Shown: positions 1 through 12,820 of the stretch, piece by piece | Layout of the letters: each line of letters opens with the position of its first letter | Position numbering within the stretch: position 1 is the stretch's first letter | Assembly: GCA_043228905.1 (NCBI GenBank) | Contig: JBHGNT010000009.1 | Coordinates: 18,662,001 to 18,726,000 of the forward strand | Source: Azolla caroliniana | Lineage: Eukaryota; Plantae; Polypodiophyta | Direction of reading: 5' to 3' | DNA: 64,000 bases | Notes under the pieces: generated by a model | Told to the model about the DNA's origin: nothing | Databases searched by the model: none | What the model saw: only the letters and a program-made list of their open reading frames with translations | Program-made: the position numbers and the translations under genes

Positions 1-318
1 CTGGATGTAGCTTAGCTCCAAATTTGGCCTTGACGTTGAGGTATTCATGGTGAAAGAACCGTATACACTCGATCGAAGAAATTTTTAGGGCGTTCTCTAA
101 CCAATTGCCTTCTTGCTTCGGCTAAATGTAATCCACCAATAATGAAGTAGTTATACTGATCATGTTTGCAAACATCAAAATCTTCCAATGTCGCACACTC
201 CTCTGGATCAACCATTACAATGAATGGTACTACTATCGCATGATGATTGATCTTCATTTTCTTTTTAAGGTTTTGGACGTGTAACTTATGAAGTTCTCTA
301 ATTTCAAGTGGATGACAT

Positions 319-745
319 TGTTACCCGTAATAATATACGAGCAAGCATAAGGGGTGGAACACGATAATGTGGTTGATGTGTATGTGTAATGTGTGAGGAT
401 GAGTATGTGTATGAACACATGCACATTTGTGTGCATGTGTACAAAAGTGAGAGAGTGGGTAAGTAATGTAACTCCCTACTTGTCCCATTCTTTTGTAATG
501 GTTACCTCTTGTACTATATAAACCCCACCCATGGGGCATAATGTGATATAGCTTTTTCCCCTCTCATTTTTGTGTCATTTCTTATTTTCACTCTCCTTCT
601 CTCTACCTCACACGTAACCCCCTTGGGAGGGGGGTAGAGCCATTCTAGGCTTCACCCCCCACCCATTAACAGACATCTAGTCCTCTCGTCCATCAGTGGT
701 CAGTGGATGTGTGTGATAGGGAGATTAAAAACATGGCCCGTTACG
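319..745. mobile_element. Probable solo LTR inserted in the ParB-like ORF
   Basis: Starts TGTTACCCG and ends CCCGTTAC(G); TATA-like and CT-rich interior. The host frame (DNLEEAS|HPLEIREL) is plausibly restored on removal. TSD is imperfect (GACAT/GACTG). Confidence 0.5.
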
Positions 746-794
746 GACTGGCTTCCTCTAAATTATCTCCCTTCTAATATTATTTTGCTCTGAA

Positions 795-1570
795 TGTCAC
801 GGACACACCAAGCGCGGACTAGGACGAAGCACAGATGATGGGGCTACGAGTGACAAATGAACTTGGAGCTAGATGTGACGAGGCTAGGAACTCTAGATGT
901 TGGGAGCGACATGAGCGCATGAAGACCAAAATAAAGATCAAGGAGACAAAGATGAGGCGAAACGAGAATACTAGATTGATGTGTCAATGACTTGTGATGA
1001 ATCCCTTGAAAGGGACCAAGGATGTTACAAGTATTTATACAATTTCCAAGATTGAATATCTCTAGAATATATACTCGAGAAATATCTCGAGAATATATCA
1101 CAGAATAATTCTAGAATATACTAACGACTAGAATATTCTCAAATGTACTATACACTAGAATCTACAAGGATGTCGCTCCCAAGGATGTTGGGAGCGACAT
1201 GAGCGCATGAAGACCGAAATAAAGATCAAGGAGACAAAGATGAGGCGAAATGAGAATACTAGATTGATGTGTCAATGACTTGTGATGAATCCCTTGAAAG
1301 GAACCAAGGATGTTACAAGTATTTATACAATTTCCGAGATTGAATATCTCTAAAATATATACTCGAGAATATACTTGTTTAGAATATACCACAGAATAAT
1401 TCTAGAATATACTAACAACTAGAATATTCTCAAATGTACTATACACTAGACTCTACAATATATACAAGTTCACAATCAAATGTGGACAGTTCACAAGAGT
1501 TTCCATATGGTTAAACAACACAATGTACTATGTGTGTTAAAAGTTACAGGTTCAAGTCTAGAATGTGACA
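795..1570. mobile_element. Solo LTR with internal ~290-bp tandem duplication
   Basis: TGTCAC...GTGACA termini; perfect 5-bp TSD CTGAA (790-794, 1571-1575); ~896-1165 is repeated at ~1183-1455. Confidence 0.9.
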
Positions 1571-2516
1571 CTGAAGACTATACACCAGACGTTAATTCTA
1601 CCCCTAGTATTGTCCGTAGCTGCCCCTAGGATGATGACTTTGACATCTTCGTTACCTTTTTCTTCGATGGCCTCGACTGTGTGGGCCCTTTCTTGGGTGT
1701 TGCCTTCACAAGGGAGGGGGATGGCTCTCTCAATGTGACATGACCTTGAATATATGGTCGCAAAGTCACGATCAAGTTGCTCGTTGTCTCAATTGCTAGC
1801 TTGAAGGCCTTAAGTCCACAAGCTTCTTTAACCAACCTTTCCTCCGAGACAAACATTTTACGTACACCCATAGATGTTTCTATTAATAAAATGAGCTTTT
1901 GCGAATCAGGGTCTTCATAATCCAATCGCAATATGCGACCGTAGAAAAAACGTCGTTCTTTAACTAGTTGGCCATCACGCTTAGCTCGAGCAGTAATAAA
2001 TATAACTTTTTTACTCGAGTCGACGTACTGCATCGCCCACTCGTAATCTGTGAAGTCCTTGTCAGGCAAGTTTTCACCCCCCCACTCCTACCACCACTTT
2101 CTTCTGGGTCACTTCGTTAGAAGGTTGCTGAACCACATCTTCCTTGAACATCAACTTTTTTCCTTTGCCCTGATATGTAACAATGGGCAGCTTTCCAGCA
2201 TCCTTTGGCGAATTTTCATATTTAATTATAATCTTTTTAATTGGACGTTCCTCCTGAAACTCTCTGGACCTAGTGTAAAAGATAAAAAATGAATCAATTA
2301 GTATCAATTTCACAATAAAGATTGATTTTTAACCATGAAGGGAGAAAGTTATGTGGATAGAGCTTTGTGGAAAACAAAAAAGTGTTGAATTTAGGGTATA
2401 AGATATGTAAAATTGTGAACAATTTCTCCTCAAATTTTCGTCAAATCTTGATATATTTTATCAAGTTTGGGTTAGAAATCATCAAATTGTATCGACTTTT
2501 TACCTAAATCAGGGGA

Positions 2517-2771
2517 TTCGATACAATGTATCGAGATGTTACCCAAACTCGATACAATGTATCGGGTTTGTATGCCAACTCAATACAATGTATCGAGTTT
2601 GGGTAGAAAATGCTCTAACTCGATACATTGTATGGAGTTGGTGCCATTTTGGCTCAAACTCGATACAATGTATCGAATTGGTGCCACAACTCATTATAGT
2701 GTATCAAGTCTATGCAACAACTCGATAAATCGTATGAGTTGGTGCCCCAACTCGATACATTGTAACTAGTT
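2517..2771. repeat. Array of ~8 copies of a 23-bp palindrome AACTCGATACAwTGTATCGAGTT
   Basis: Copies start near 2517, 2546, 2577, 2617, 2657, 2688, 2719 and 2749 (period ~30-40 bp); degenerate copies at ~2447-2496. Confidence 0.9.
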
Positions 2772-5346
2772 TGGGCAGTGTTAGGTGAGTATACAATGAT
2801 GAAACGTGTGAGAAAAATATAAAAAAAGAAAATTGTTCGTACAACTCAAGATCCTAACTTGGATTCTGTCCTCTGGGTCTTCCTCGATGACATGGTGGTT
2901 GATTGGGATGGGTGTGGTACACATGCTTGAAATGTTCTAACTGTTGTGGGTATGAATGACTGAGGTGCTCAAGTGCTCTCAGGTTCTCTCTTGTACTCTC
3001 GTAGAGAGAAAATGAAAAGGTCCACCTATTTATAGGGAAGGAAGTAAGTCAGGTTAGTTAGTGGTAACCATAGTTGTAGAAATAATACAAAAAGTACATA
3101 CACATTTAATATTTATAAATAACTATAGTTAGTTATAGATTTTGACCTAAAAGAAGAAACACACTCATGATCTATATTTAATTTGTCTAGACATTAATTG
3201 ATGTTTACTTTTAGATTTTAAATTAGACTTACCTCATTTATGTATACTTCATAGCTATCCTATAATCATTGTATAAATCATTTATAGCAATAAATTCAAG
3301 GTATATCAAATTCTCTACATTCTTTTTTATTTAATTATTAGACTTTAATACTTCCATTTATGATAAAGTCGAATTATTGAATTTAAACACTTTCTTTGTA
3401 GGTAAATTAAATTTCATTGATTTGTTTTTATTTAAGCACACTTATTACTTCTAGATATATTAAATTTTAATTATTGATTATTAAAGATTTATTAAATGTA
3501 TATATCTTTGTTTATTAAAGATTTATTTGCTTAAATAAAAAATTGTGTGGATAGATAGATAGATAGCTTTAGTAACTATTCCTATTTTAGATCTCTTAGT
3601 TTTGAGTAAAGTAGACTACTTTTAAAAAGAACAAGTGCTTTGAGAAATGAGTGAATACTCAATGTCAATAGCCTGCCCCTTTTCTATTGACGAATACAAT
3701 ATGGATTCGAAATGTTGTCAAACACCACGAACTATGGAACTGAGTAATGAGTTCTCAGTTGATGAGTATGACAACAATGAATTTTCTAACCATGATGTCC
3801 AAGCAAAAATAGTTAATGAAGCCATTGACTATCAAGTAAAGACAAATGTTAGTAAGGTGGATGATGATACCAATATATGTAAGGAAGACATAAAGACCGC
3901 TAGTCCAATCCAATTCAGGAGAGTTCCACGACGAATATGGTGAGACCGGTTCAACTTGGTGACATCTTATAAACAACTAACATTAGATGTGTTGAAGTCC
4001 TGTTGTCTCGTGGATGTTTGCCAATGTTGGGGAAAGCTAAATTACGTAAGTTGAAATGCCATTATTTTTCACTCACTGGTGATGAGCAAGACACATGGTG
4101 GTGACACATATGCAAATGGTCTCCTACAAATCTTCCCAAATTTCAGTCTCCTTTGAGTATTACCTAAATGGTACACAACAATGTTGTAGAGTGGCATTTA
4201 AACTTTCTTTATGTGTTATCAATATGAGATTACATAGAGTGCAACAAAGAGTTCTTAATGGTGATATTAGTATCAATGGCAATTACGTTCCAAGTATGAA
4301 AGGAGCAGCCAGAAGAAATGCAAATCTATGGATGAAAAATTACTTTGAGCTCAATTGCGAAGTAATGCCAACTACGTGTCGATTGCATCTCTCAGATAAC
4401 TACACGCGTAGAGAAGTATATGATGCTTACAAATCCGATTTGATGACCTCAAGCGAGAAGTATATCACATATAACCAATTTACAAGAGTGTGGACTACGC
4501 AATTCTCAAACGTTATTGTACCTCGCAAAGTCCGTATGGGTTATTGTTCAATATGTGCAAACTTGAAGAGCATGGCTAAAGGCGCCAAGACAACCAAAGA
4601 AAAAGACAACCATAAAAAATTGTTACAAGAACATTGTGAAGCTCAAGCGTTAGAGCGAAAGAGTGCAATGGTTCATAGAGATAAATCACTGAATAATCCA
4701 GCTCAATAAATGTGTCTAATGATTGATGGCATGGGTAAGAAGAAAATGTGTCTACCACACATGAGGAGACTTCCTAAAGATGTCAATGATGAATGTCTCA
4801 TACAGATGCATGTGGTCGGTTTCTTGGCTTATCATGGGACGATTAAACCCCATGTCTCCATTACATACCCTAACGTCCATAATGACCCCATCCTTACGGT
4901 TACTGTGATTCATAGGGTTTTGATGTGCTGGGGGCTGCCTTTGCCTCCTGTACTCTATATTCAATTGCATAATACTATTAGGGAAAATAAGAATTCAATT
5001 GTTTTTGAATATTTTAGTATGTTGGTGAATCAAGGTGTGTTCAGGAAAATAAAGGTGAATTTCCTTCCAGTTGGTCACACCCATGACCATATTGATCAAA
5101 TGTTTAGTACATTCTCAAGGCAGTTGTCTCCTCATTATGCTTTCACCTTACCTAGGCTGGTTAATATCATATTTGATGCATATACACCACGTCTTATAGT
5201 GGTGCACCTAAAGGAGATTTATGACTTCAAAAGATTCATATCAGATGGTGGAGAGGACAAGTGTAAAGTGTTAGCCCAACTAAATAATATGAGTTTCAAT
5301 CACATTTTCTTAATAAAGAGAAATGATTTAACCAATTCTACATTAT

Positions 5347-5659
5347 TGTTGAGAGATCAAGCTCAACTTAGTTTAGTTAGTTAGTCAACACATGTAACCT
5401 AGTAGTTACCTAGATAGAATCTAGTTAGTGTGTTGACCATAAAGCCTTGAATAAGATTTTGTACTCAAGTGGGATACATTGTAGATCCACCACTCCATGC
5501 TCATTTAATATAGTACTTACACGTTGTACCTATATTCTCCTAGCACATGTGCACCCTTGCACATGAAACCTATATATACCTCATTGAAGGTATTTTTGTA
5601 TTTGATGATGTTTTATAATATACACTCTAGTTTACTCATCCCCCATCTTGTGTTATTCA

Positions 5660-5723
<64 letters not shown>

Positions 5724-5800
5724 ATATCACATAATCTTCCGCGCTTAACTTCGTCACATAATTAGGTACTAATTAACCTTTACCTACCTAATTCTTAACA
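5347..5800. mobile_element. Solo LTR
   Basis: TGTTGAGA...TCTTAACA termini; perfect TSD ATTAT (5342-5346, 5801-5805); contains (CT)n(CA)n. Confidence 0.9.
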
Positions 5801-6372
5801 ATTATTAAATGCAAAGTAGTATTCGTCTTCTCCATGTTCGGAGCTTAAATGTGGTTGTCAATCTTTGCTCCATATGCCATCTGCTACAACTTATGGCGCA
5901 GAACAAATGCCAATTGAGACTAAAAAGGAATTGAATGGTCTATTAGTAGATTAACAAAAGAGTTATTGGATACAAGCCTTAAAAGATAAAAGGAAGCATA
6001 TTGATAATGCAAAGAAGTATGTGGCACAAGAAGATACATCATGGTGGGATGACTTCTTCCTTGATCAAGAAAATATTATTGATAGTTGTGTAGCTAGTAG
6101 TTGGGCTTTAGAACCTCCATTTACATGGTCTATACAACAATTAGTTGGCTCACAAACGTCAGTTCCTGCACCCAATGTCAATCTAGAGAAATTGCTTCAT
6201 CCACAACAAAGAGACATCTACATGGGACCAAGGTTATAAAAAACAGCAAAATCTAGGTGGCAAGGAAATTTACAAGAATTGAAGGTTTGGTATGTTAATT
6301 GCTACTCCTGTAGATGTAAATGACCTCATCCACCAATTCTAGATTGATAAAGTGTTGGATGTGGTGATGCAT

Positions 6373-7102
6373 TGTCGCGGAAATTCACGTGTGTGTATCG
6401 GATAGGACGAGACCACGGGGGTCTTGGACTAGGGAGTAAGAGGAGGGAGAGAAGCTTGGGAGTTCAACCCAGAAGGAAGAGAAAGATTAAGATGCGAGAG
6501 ATTAAGATTCAAGAGAATAAGATCTAAACAAGACAAGATACATTATGGAAAACACCACACCAATTACAATCATGGCCATGTAGGCCGAATGTAAACCCTC
6601 TAGATGAAACCCTAACCGGATAGGGGAAAAGAAGAAGAAGACGATGAATGAAACCCCTAAAACGAGATCCTAAAACCCAAAATTCTGAAACCCTAATGGC
6701 AACCCAAAGAAACCCAAAAGTGGCAGCCCCTCAAAAGTGACCCCTCACTCCCTTTTATAGTAATAAGGGGTGAGGCACATTACAAAAGGGAGTGGTCAAA
6801 TCCCCTTTCTTTCAAAGGAGTGTATTTGACCTCGATCTTAGGAGGTGAGATTGATGGGTCTTAACTCCCTCTCCTCTCACCCACATACTCAATGCCCACT
6901 ACTACCTACACCCATACTTCATGTGCCTCCCTCTAGTCTACAAAGTGCACATCACCTTTATACCTTTACATCTTACTTTTCCTCCTTACATTTGTCTATT
7001 ATTCCTATGTTACAATTTTCCTAAGTTCATGTGCAATGTTGCACATCTTGTTTTATTCCTTTGGCTCGGGTTTTCTCACCATGGCCGAAAATCCTCACGA
7101 CA
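6373..7102. mobile_element. Solo LTR
   Basis: TGTCG...CGACA termini; 4-bp TSD GCAT/GCGT (one CpG transition); transposase frame restored on removal. Confidence 0.8.
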
Positions 7103-7989
7103 GCGTGAAGACCAAAACAAGATTGACACAATAAAGGTGCATTGGTATAACACTAAAAGTAAAAATGCAATTACTAGGAAATATACTTTAGCGATGTTAG
7201 AATGCGCAAGATCAAGGGGTAATAGAAAGCAAAAAAGAAATATCCGAAATACATCACCCTGAACATTAATGAAGTGGATATTATTGTGTATGACTTTACA
7301 TTGACAAAAGTTGGGTGTTTAAGAAAGTCAACTATAGATATAATCCAAGAAAAATTGATTGTTGGTCAAGGTGTCTCTAATCAAAGGAGAACAAGATCAG
7401 CAGCTCATGATTTAGAGTCACACAATATGGTTTTAGATGAAGATAATGATTTGATTGGAATATCTGAAGATGAAAAAGATCAATCACCTTTGTATATTAG
7501 TGATAGTAGCAATGACAACTTGTAATACACTGAGAGACGTATATTTTTGCATATAGATGTAACCAATTCATTTTTGTAAAAACTCGAGTGATATAAAAGT
7601 TATATTTATTTTGATCCATAAACTCCTTCAATTCTTATTGTTCTCTATACCATTAGTTCTCATTTTCCGAACACAAATATGTGATGTTGCTTTTCGAATT
7701 TGTCCCAAATTTACGAATATTTTAAAATGGTGGAATTTTAAACATCTTTTTGAGAATATGTGATACTGGTATCAACGTGTTTTGTGAAGTGGATGTAAAA
7801 ACCACAAAAATTTAGGGAATATATTCCTTATCCTTCCATTCATGCGCGATCCTTCCATTTGTGAACGCACGTGTTGATAGATAAAGAAGAGTTTTTATTA
7901 AAAAACCAGGGATAACCCGATATTACAAAGGTGGTACAAAGATTCATTACATGGAAATCTACTTGTTGTACATAGGTACCAGTGTAAAT

Positions 7990-9060
7990 TGCCAATGAAT
8001 GAATCGCCATGTTGATGTATTGAACTCTTCAATCAGCCAAGTGCACCTTATAGGTGTGATCACTTACGATGGGTTGGACTCCCCATATCTGAGCCAAACG
8101 ATCATTCATAACGTTATGTGAGCTTCTCGAATCAAATAAGAACTATGGTAGAGATCCATTGATATCTCTCGTTTGCACGTAGTAAAACATTAGATCCCAA
8201 TACATAGTGAGGGAAAGAACATTTACAACTACTTTAAGAATCTAACATTTATTATCTGCAACTTTGTTTTTGTTGTCATGCTCTTTGAGTTGGAGCTTCT
8301 GACATTGCTCTTTTGTGTGGCCCCAACTTTTTGTAGAACACGCAAAAAGGATTTTGTCGCTTACAATTGTGATCCAAGAATTCGTTGGGTGTCTTGCATT
8401 TCCTAGAGAATTGCGACCACTTGGTCTCAGGCACTTCAGGTTTGTTATGGTCCTTCTTCGAAGAGCGTTAATAATGAATAACTATTTCAATGGCCTCTTC
8501 AAAGGATGTTGGGTCCTTATCGTGCACTATCAAAATTATGATAGTTTGAATTGGGGATGCCATTGACAAAACAAGCTATTAACCAATTATCACCTTCTAG
8601 ACCCGATTTTTGAATTTGGGTTCTAGTATGGTGAACATAATCTTCTAGCGAGGAAAATTTCCAACTACAGAGGTTCATTAATGCTTATGTTGCCTCGATG
8701 CGAGATGGAGGTTGTAGAAATTGACCCTTGAAAACCTTAACAAAGTCTGTCCAAGTATTTGGCAATTTCCCTGTAGTGTGGAGCCTATGCCACCAAGCAG
8801 CGGCCTTACCCCCTAGTTCTTGAATAACATATGCAATCTTCGTACTATCTCGCTTGGAATAGAGCTCAAAATGAGACTCCCATTTGTGAACCCATGCATA
8901 GATTGCTTCTTCGGCTCTTTCCTTTTTTTCTCCCATAAATGGCTTGACGACAAACAATGATTCACCTTGACATTCATCTGGTTTATTAGTATCACATTGC
9001 ATACTAATGACCCGTGCTTCTAGATCACTATGAGATTGCCGAAGTTCGGAAATCTTGTTC
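7990..9060 (-). pseudogene. Degenerate Ty3/Gypsy gag-protease fragment
   Basis: Retrotrans_gag-like WVHKWESHF...LGGKAAAWW...TWTDFVKVFKGQF; decayed knuckle (GHTKEQC, ~8300-8330); protease-like FLFDSRSSHNVM at ~8110-8145. Confidence 0.7.
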
Positions 9061-10094
9061 AAGGTAGAATTAAGAAAAAAAAATATTTTTAAAAAATACA
9101 ACTCAATTGGGATTGCCCCAAGAGTATTTCCTTGAATTGCCTTCGCTTGGGAGGATGTCATGGGGTCATTAATATGAGTCATAAGAATATAATGTTTGGC
9201 AAAGAAATAAGATAGGGTAAGACAAATAGCCATCACATGATGTCGTGATGTAAACATATCATGAGCAAACATTAATCGATATCATGATCTCACATCTATA
9301 CCCCTGTGGACGTATGAGTTGAGGTTCAAGATCAAGTACCTATGGTAACACAAAGGTGTTTTAAAAACCATGGGGGTGACAAATGAATGTCTTTCCCTGA
9401 TCTCTATATTGGTTTTTATATGGCGGCTCCCCGAGGCTCTTGATCATATTTGATCTCATCATGAAAAATTTATACACGAAAAAATATTAACAATAAACTA
9501 TGTCTCTGTGCCCACCCATGTGGTTTCGGCTCTTTAAGTTCTATTACAAGGACCTTGAAGTGCACTTAAACCTAAAGTCTAAACATGTTTTATAGTTGTA
9601 TGTATCGATAATGTTGTATAGTCTTGGTCATATTTGAACTCGAAACCTCAAGAACAAAGTCATTAAACACTTGAGCTAACCAAATGGCTTGCTCATTTTG
9701 AATGTTTAATGTTTAAGCGTATGAGAGATATGTGAAGGCATGTACATATTTTTTTTAAAAGAAAACATATGTGTCTAGAATACTTATTTCCCCCTCGTTA
9801 ATTAGAAAACTATGTCGGTACGTTACCCAACCTCAAGTCTCATCATTACGATGGTATACCGTAAGGAGAAACCTAATGGTTCAAGCCAACACTAGGCTTT
9901 TTTCCATAGTGGGCCCACGTGGCCCATCACATGGTTACTTCATTACGAATGCCTTTCATAATGATGATCTCATGGTGGCATCGTAATCATGTAACGAGTG
10001 CGGAATTTTGGATGCGTGTTTCATAAGGGCGACCTCTCATGAAGTGGATCAAACCCTTACGCTCACAACATCATTGTGGCTATGCTTGACATTA

Positions 10095-10496
10095 TGTTCT
10101 AACTGTCGAATACAAGTTTCTAATGGACATATTCACACTGTCCTATTTGGACATTCTAGGTTTTAGGCCACTTATGTAAATAGTGGAAAGGGTAGTTGCC
10201 CTAAGTCAGTTGGTATTTAAACTAACTCTTGTAACCTAGTTTTGTGGTTGTTGTTCATTTTGTATATTGTGATGTTGTAACTCTGAGAATAATACAGTTA
10301 CATCTTGTTGTGCCTAACTCTTTCTCTTCTCACTGTTGCTTTCATTGCTTGATCTTGTCCCTTGTCAATGTTTCTTTCTTTGTGTATAATCGACTAATAC
10401 ATCTCTGTATTTGTTATCAACTGGCTAATCTTCATCTAAAGAGTGTTGATCTTGTTCCACATTCAGCCGCCTGGTTCCAACATCTGGTATCAGAGC
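10095..10496 (+). mobile_element. 5' LTR plus tRNA-iMet primer-binding site of a truncated LTR retrotransposon
   Basis: TGTT...CCAACA (ends 10482) followed by TGGTATCAGAGC at 10485-10496. Confidence 0.75.
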
Positions 10497-11275
10497 TTGG
10501 TGTTTCGTTTTTCAACTAGTCATCCTTTGTCTCCATCAATAGCTCTTCTTTGTATCATCCGAAGATCTTTCTGTTGACATCACCTTGATATAACAAATTC
10601 TAAGATTTCACCTGAGCTTAAATCTACGTTCAAGCAACTCTCACAAGATCATATTCTACTGAGAAGAAACAACCACAAGTTTGCATTTCATTGTGTTAAA
10701 TCATCACTAGAGTAAGCCAGTTGGTTGCTCTTTGTCTTTGTGGTTGTAATTGCTCGAAGTGGGATTCCAAATCTAACGGCCATACTTGTGCTTCATCCGG
10801 TTATGCGACAATCGAATACGTTATCCGACACTGTTCACTCACTCACCGAACCATTCGAAGCAAAGTTCGCCCTAGGAACAACCCTCATTTGGCTTCATTT
10901 GGTTAGCGTCATTTGGGAAGACCAGTCGGATCTGCCTCTCTTGACATCAGCCTGGAAAATGGCACAAAGGCACATAATCTATGATCGGAACTTTGAAATC
11001 AGCAAACAGAATCAGATTTTTTTAGTTAATTGTGCCTAATCCGGCCAGGCGACATTCGGGAAGACCAGTCGGCTCTACCTCTCCAATCGTTGTAGCCAAT
11101 CTAAGGAAGTTTAGTACCTAAGTGCCATCCAAAATCCAATCAGCTAACCAATCAGTGCATTCGTGTCCAATTCGGCTAGGTCGATCGACTATAGCCACTT
11201 CGGACAAAGCCTGCCAATAGTCGAAGTCGATTCGACTCGTGTTCAAACTCAGTTAAAACGAATTCGGGTGAGCCA

Positions 11276-11570
11276 TGTTGGAGATATGATGGTGGGCAGT
11301 GGATGATGATGAGGACCTACAAGGTAAAATGTGTACAACAAACAACATAGATATACGACAACAAGAAGAAAAGGAAGAAAGGTAGACGATAGACACAGAT
11401 TAAGCTTCAATGGAAGTTCTGTATTATTCTCTTCTTTGTAACTCTCTTCTCTCCGAGTGTATACAATGTTAGGGTTCAGTTTTATATACTCAAGCCCTAA
11501 ATCGATGATGTGTTCACACTAAATATACAAACTGGAAGGAGTCAGCCTTTTATGCCAACAAACCCCCCCA
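11276..11570 (-). mobile_element. LTR with adjacent G-rich polypurine tract (3' LTR of a - strand element)
   Basis: TGTTGG...CCAACA termini (11276-11560), immediately followed by AACCCCCCC (GGGGGGGTT on -). Confidence 0.6.
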
Positions 11571-12820
11571 TAAAAGGGCTACTCTTTCCTATGTATACAA
11601 ATAACTGGGGTTATCTCCCCCGTGAACCTAGATTACAGATCTAATCTATAGTTACAAGTATACATGCAAGGTTATCGGCATATGGCCGACTTTACAAAGG
11701 TAAAGTCAAGCTCTAGTCTAAGTCGACTAGTTATCCAGATTGTATGTCGTCTAGGTTTGCTTGTCTGAGTCAGGCAGATTGACTTGTTCCAATCGTCTTG
11801 TGTCCAAATCGGCTCATTGGTTTGGATTGGCTCATGTCTAATTCTGACTCTCGGCCGTTGGTCAATTGTTTGTTTTCCGCTTGCGCTTGCTCTTGGGCTT
11901 CCCGTTGGATCCTCTATCTGTCTTCAAGTTCATTCATCATTTGATCATCTCCTCTCTAGTCGATGTCCTTGCTCAATGCTGCATCTTCAACCTTTTGGTA
12001 TTCTGATTCTTTTGACTTTGCCTTTTTGGTTCGGCCAATCGAACCGGTCTTCAACTTTCCTTTTGCCGTTGTTTGTTCAGATCTCTTCTGCTCGGTCGCT
12101 TGTCGTAGTCCCATCATTTTCATCAGTGCTCCAAAGTGTTAATTTGGGAGTGGCTTCGTCAGGCAATAGGCGACGGAGTCTGCAATGACCTCCATACGGC
12201 ACAATCATATATGGGACTTAATTGAATTACCAAAAAACCAACATCATGCTCTTCCATGCAAATGGGTCTTCAGATTAAAAGAGACATCTTATTCTATACA
12301 ATGTTCACTAAACAACCAACACCACATTATGGAGTTTTTGTAGCTTGGCAACAAACCTCATCTAATTATATCTAATCTAATTTTTGTAAAATACCTAATT
12401 ATCCTAATATAAGTATTATAGCTAACCTATTGTACTATTGTCCGCATCCTATATTTCTATCCAACCCTTTAGGCTTTTATAGTTAAGTTTGATCCATTCA
12501 CATTGTATTTTATACAATGTCCACTTAACAAACAACACCACATTATGCACACAACCCACACTCCACCCCACTACCATACAACCTCAAATCTTGACAATCC
12601 CCATCATATGCAACTCTCCTAATTGATTCCTACCCCCACCCCTGATAACTACGTCAAACACACATCTGAACCCCATCAATGACTTATTAAGACTTAGTGA
12701 ATGTCATATCCCAACTGTGGATCATCCCATGTTTGGAGATTTCCTCCCAACATTGTTGTTCAATCAACGTCTTTTTTTGTCCCTTGATTATCCATCTAAT
12801 CAAAGCCATGATGGTTAAGA

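Larger units (their letters stand above)
1..2893 (-). pseudogene. Transposon-associated gene with ParB/Sulfiredoxin-like motif, disrupted by two solo LTRs; 3' end outside window
   Basis: ORF pieces 2074-2313, 1626-2069 and 45-257 join up once LTRs 319-745 and 795-1570 are removed. The reconstructed peptide ...HPLEIRELHKLHVQNLKKKMKIN...FIVMVDPEEC...YNYFIIGGLHLAEARRQL has the ParB/Srx pattern (R-x-L...V..L....; Y.IIxGxH...A). Candidate start ccaccATG at 2893 and candidate TATA (ctataaatagg on -) near 3025-3035. Confidence 0.55.
3647..7525 (+). pseudogene. Sola1-like (DUF7869-type) DDD transposase, decayed and interrupted by two solo LTRs
   Basis: Motifs CxxC (GYCSICANL), CLMIDGM, LYIQL(D>H)NTIRENKN and FLPVGHTHDHIDQMFS. 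The frame continues across the 5347-5800 and 6373-7102 insertions (STLL|NAK*YSSSP; VVM|REDQNKIDTIKVHWY). Several stops and frameshifts. Confidence 0.8.

Noticed and set aside
2517-2771. CRISPR-like appearance of the palindromic array
   Set aside because: Linkers are only ~8-17 bp and partly similar to each other, there are no cas genes, and the context is eukaryotic.
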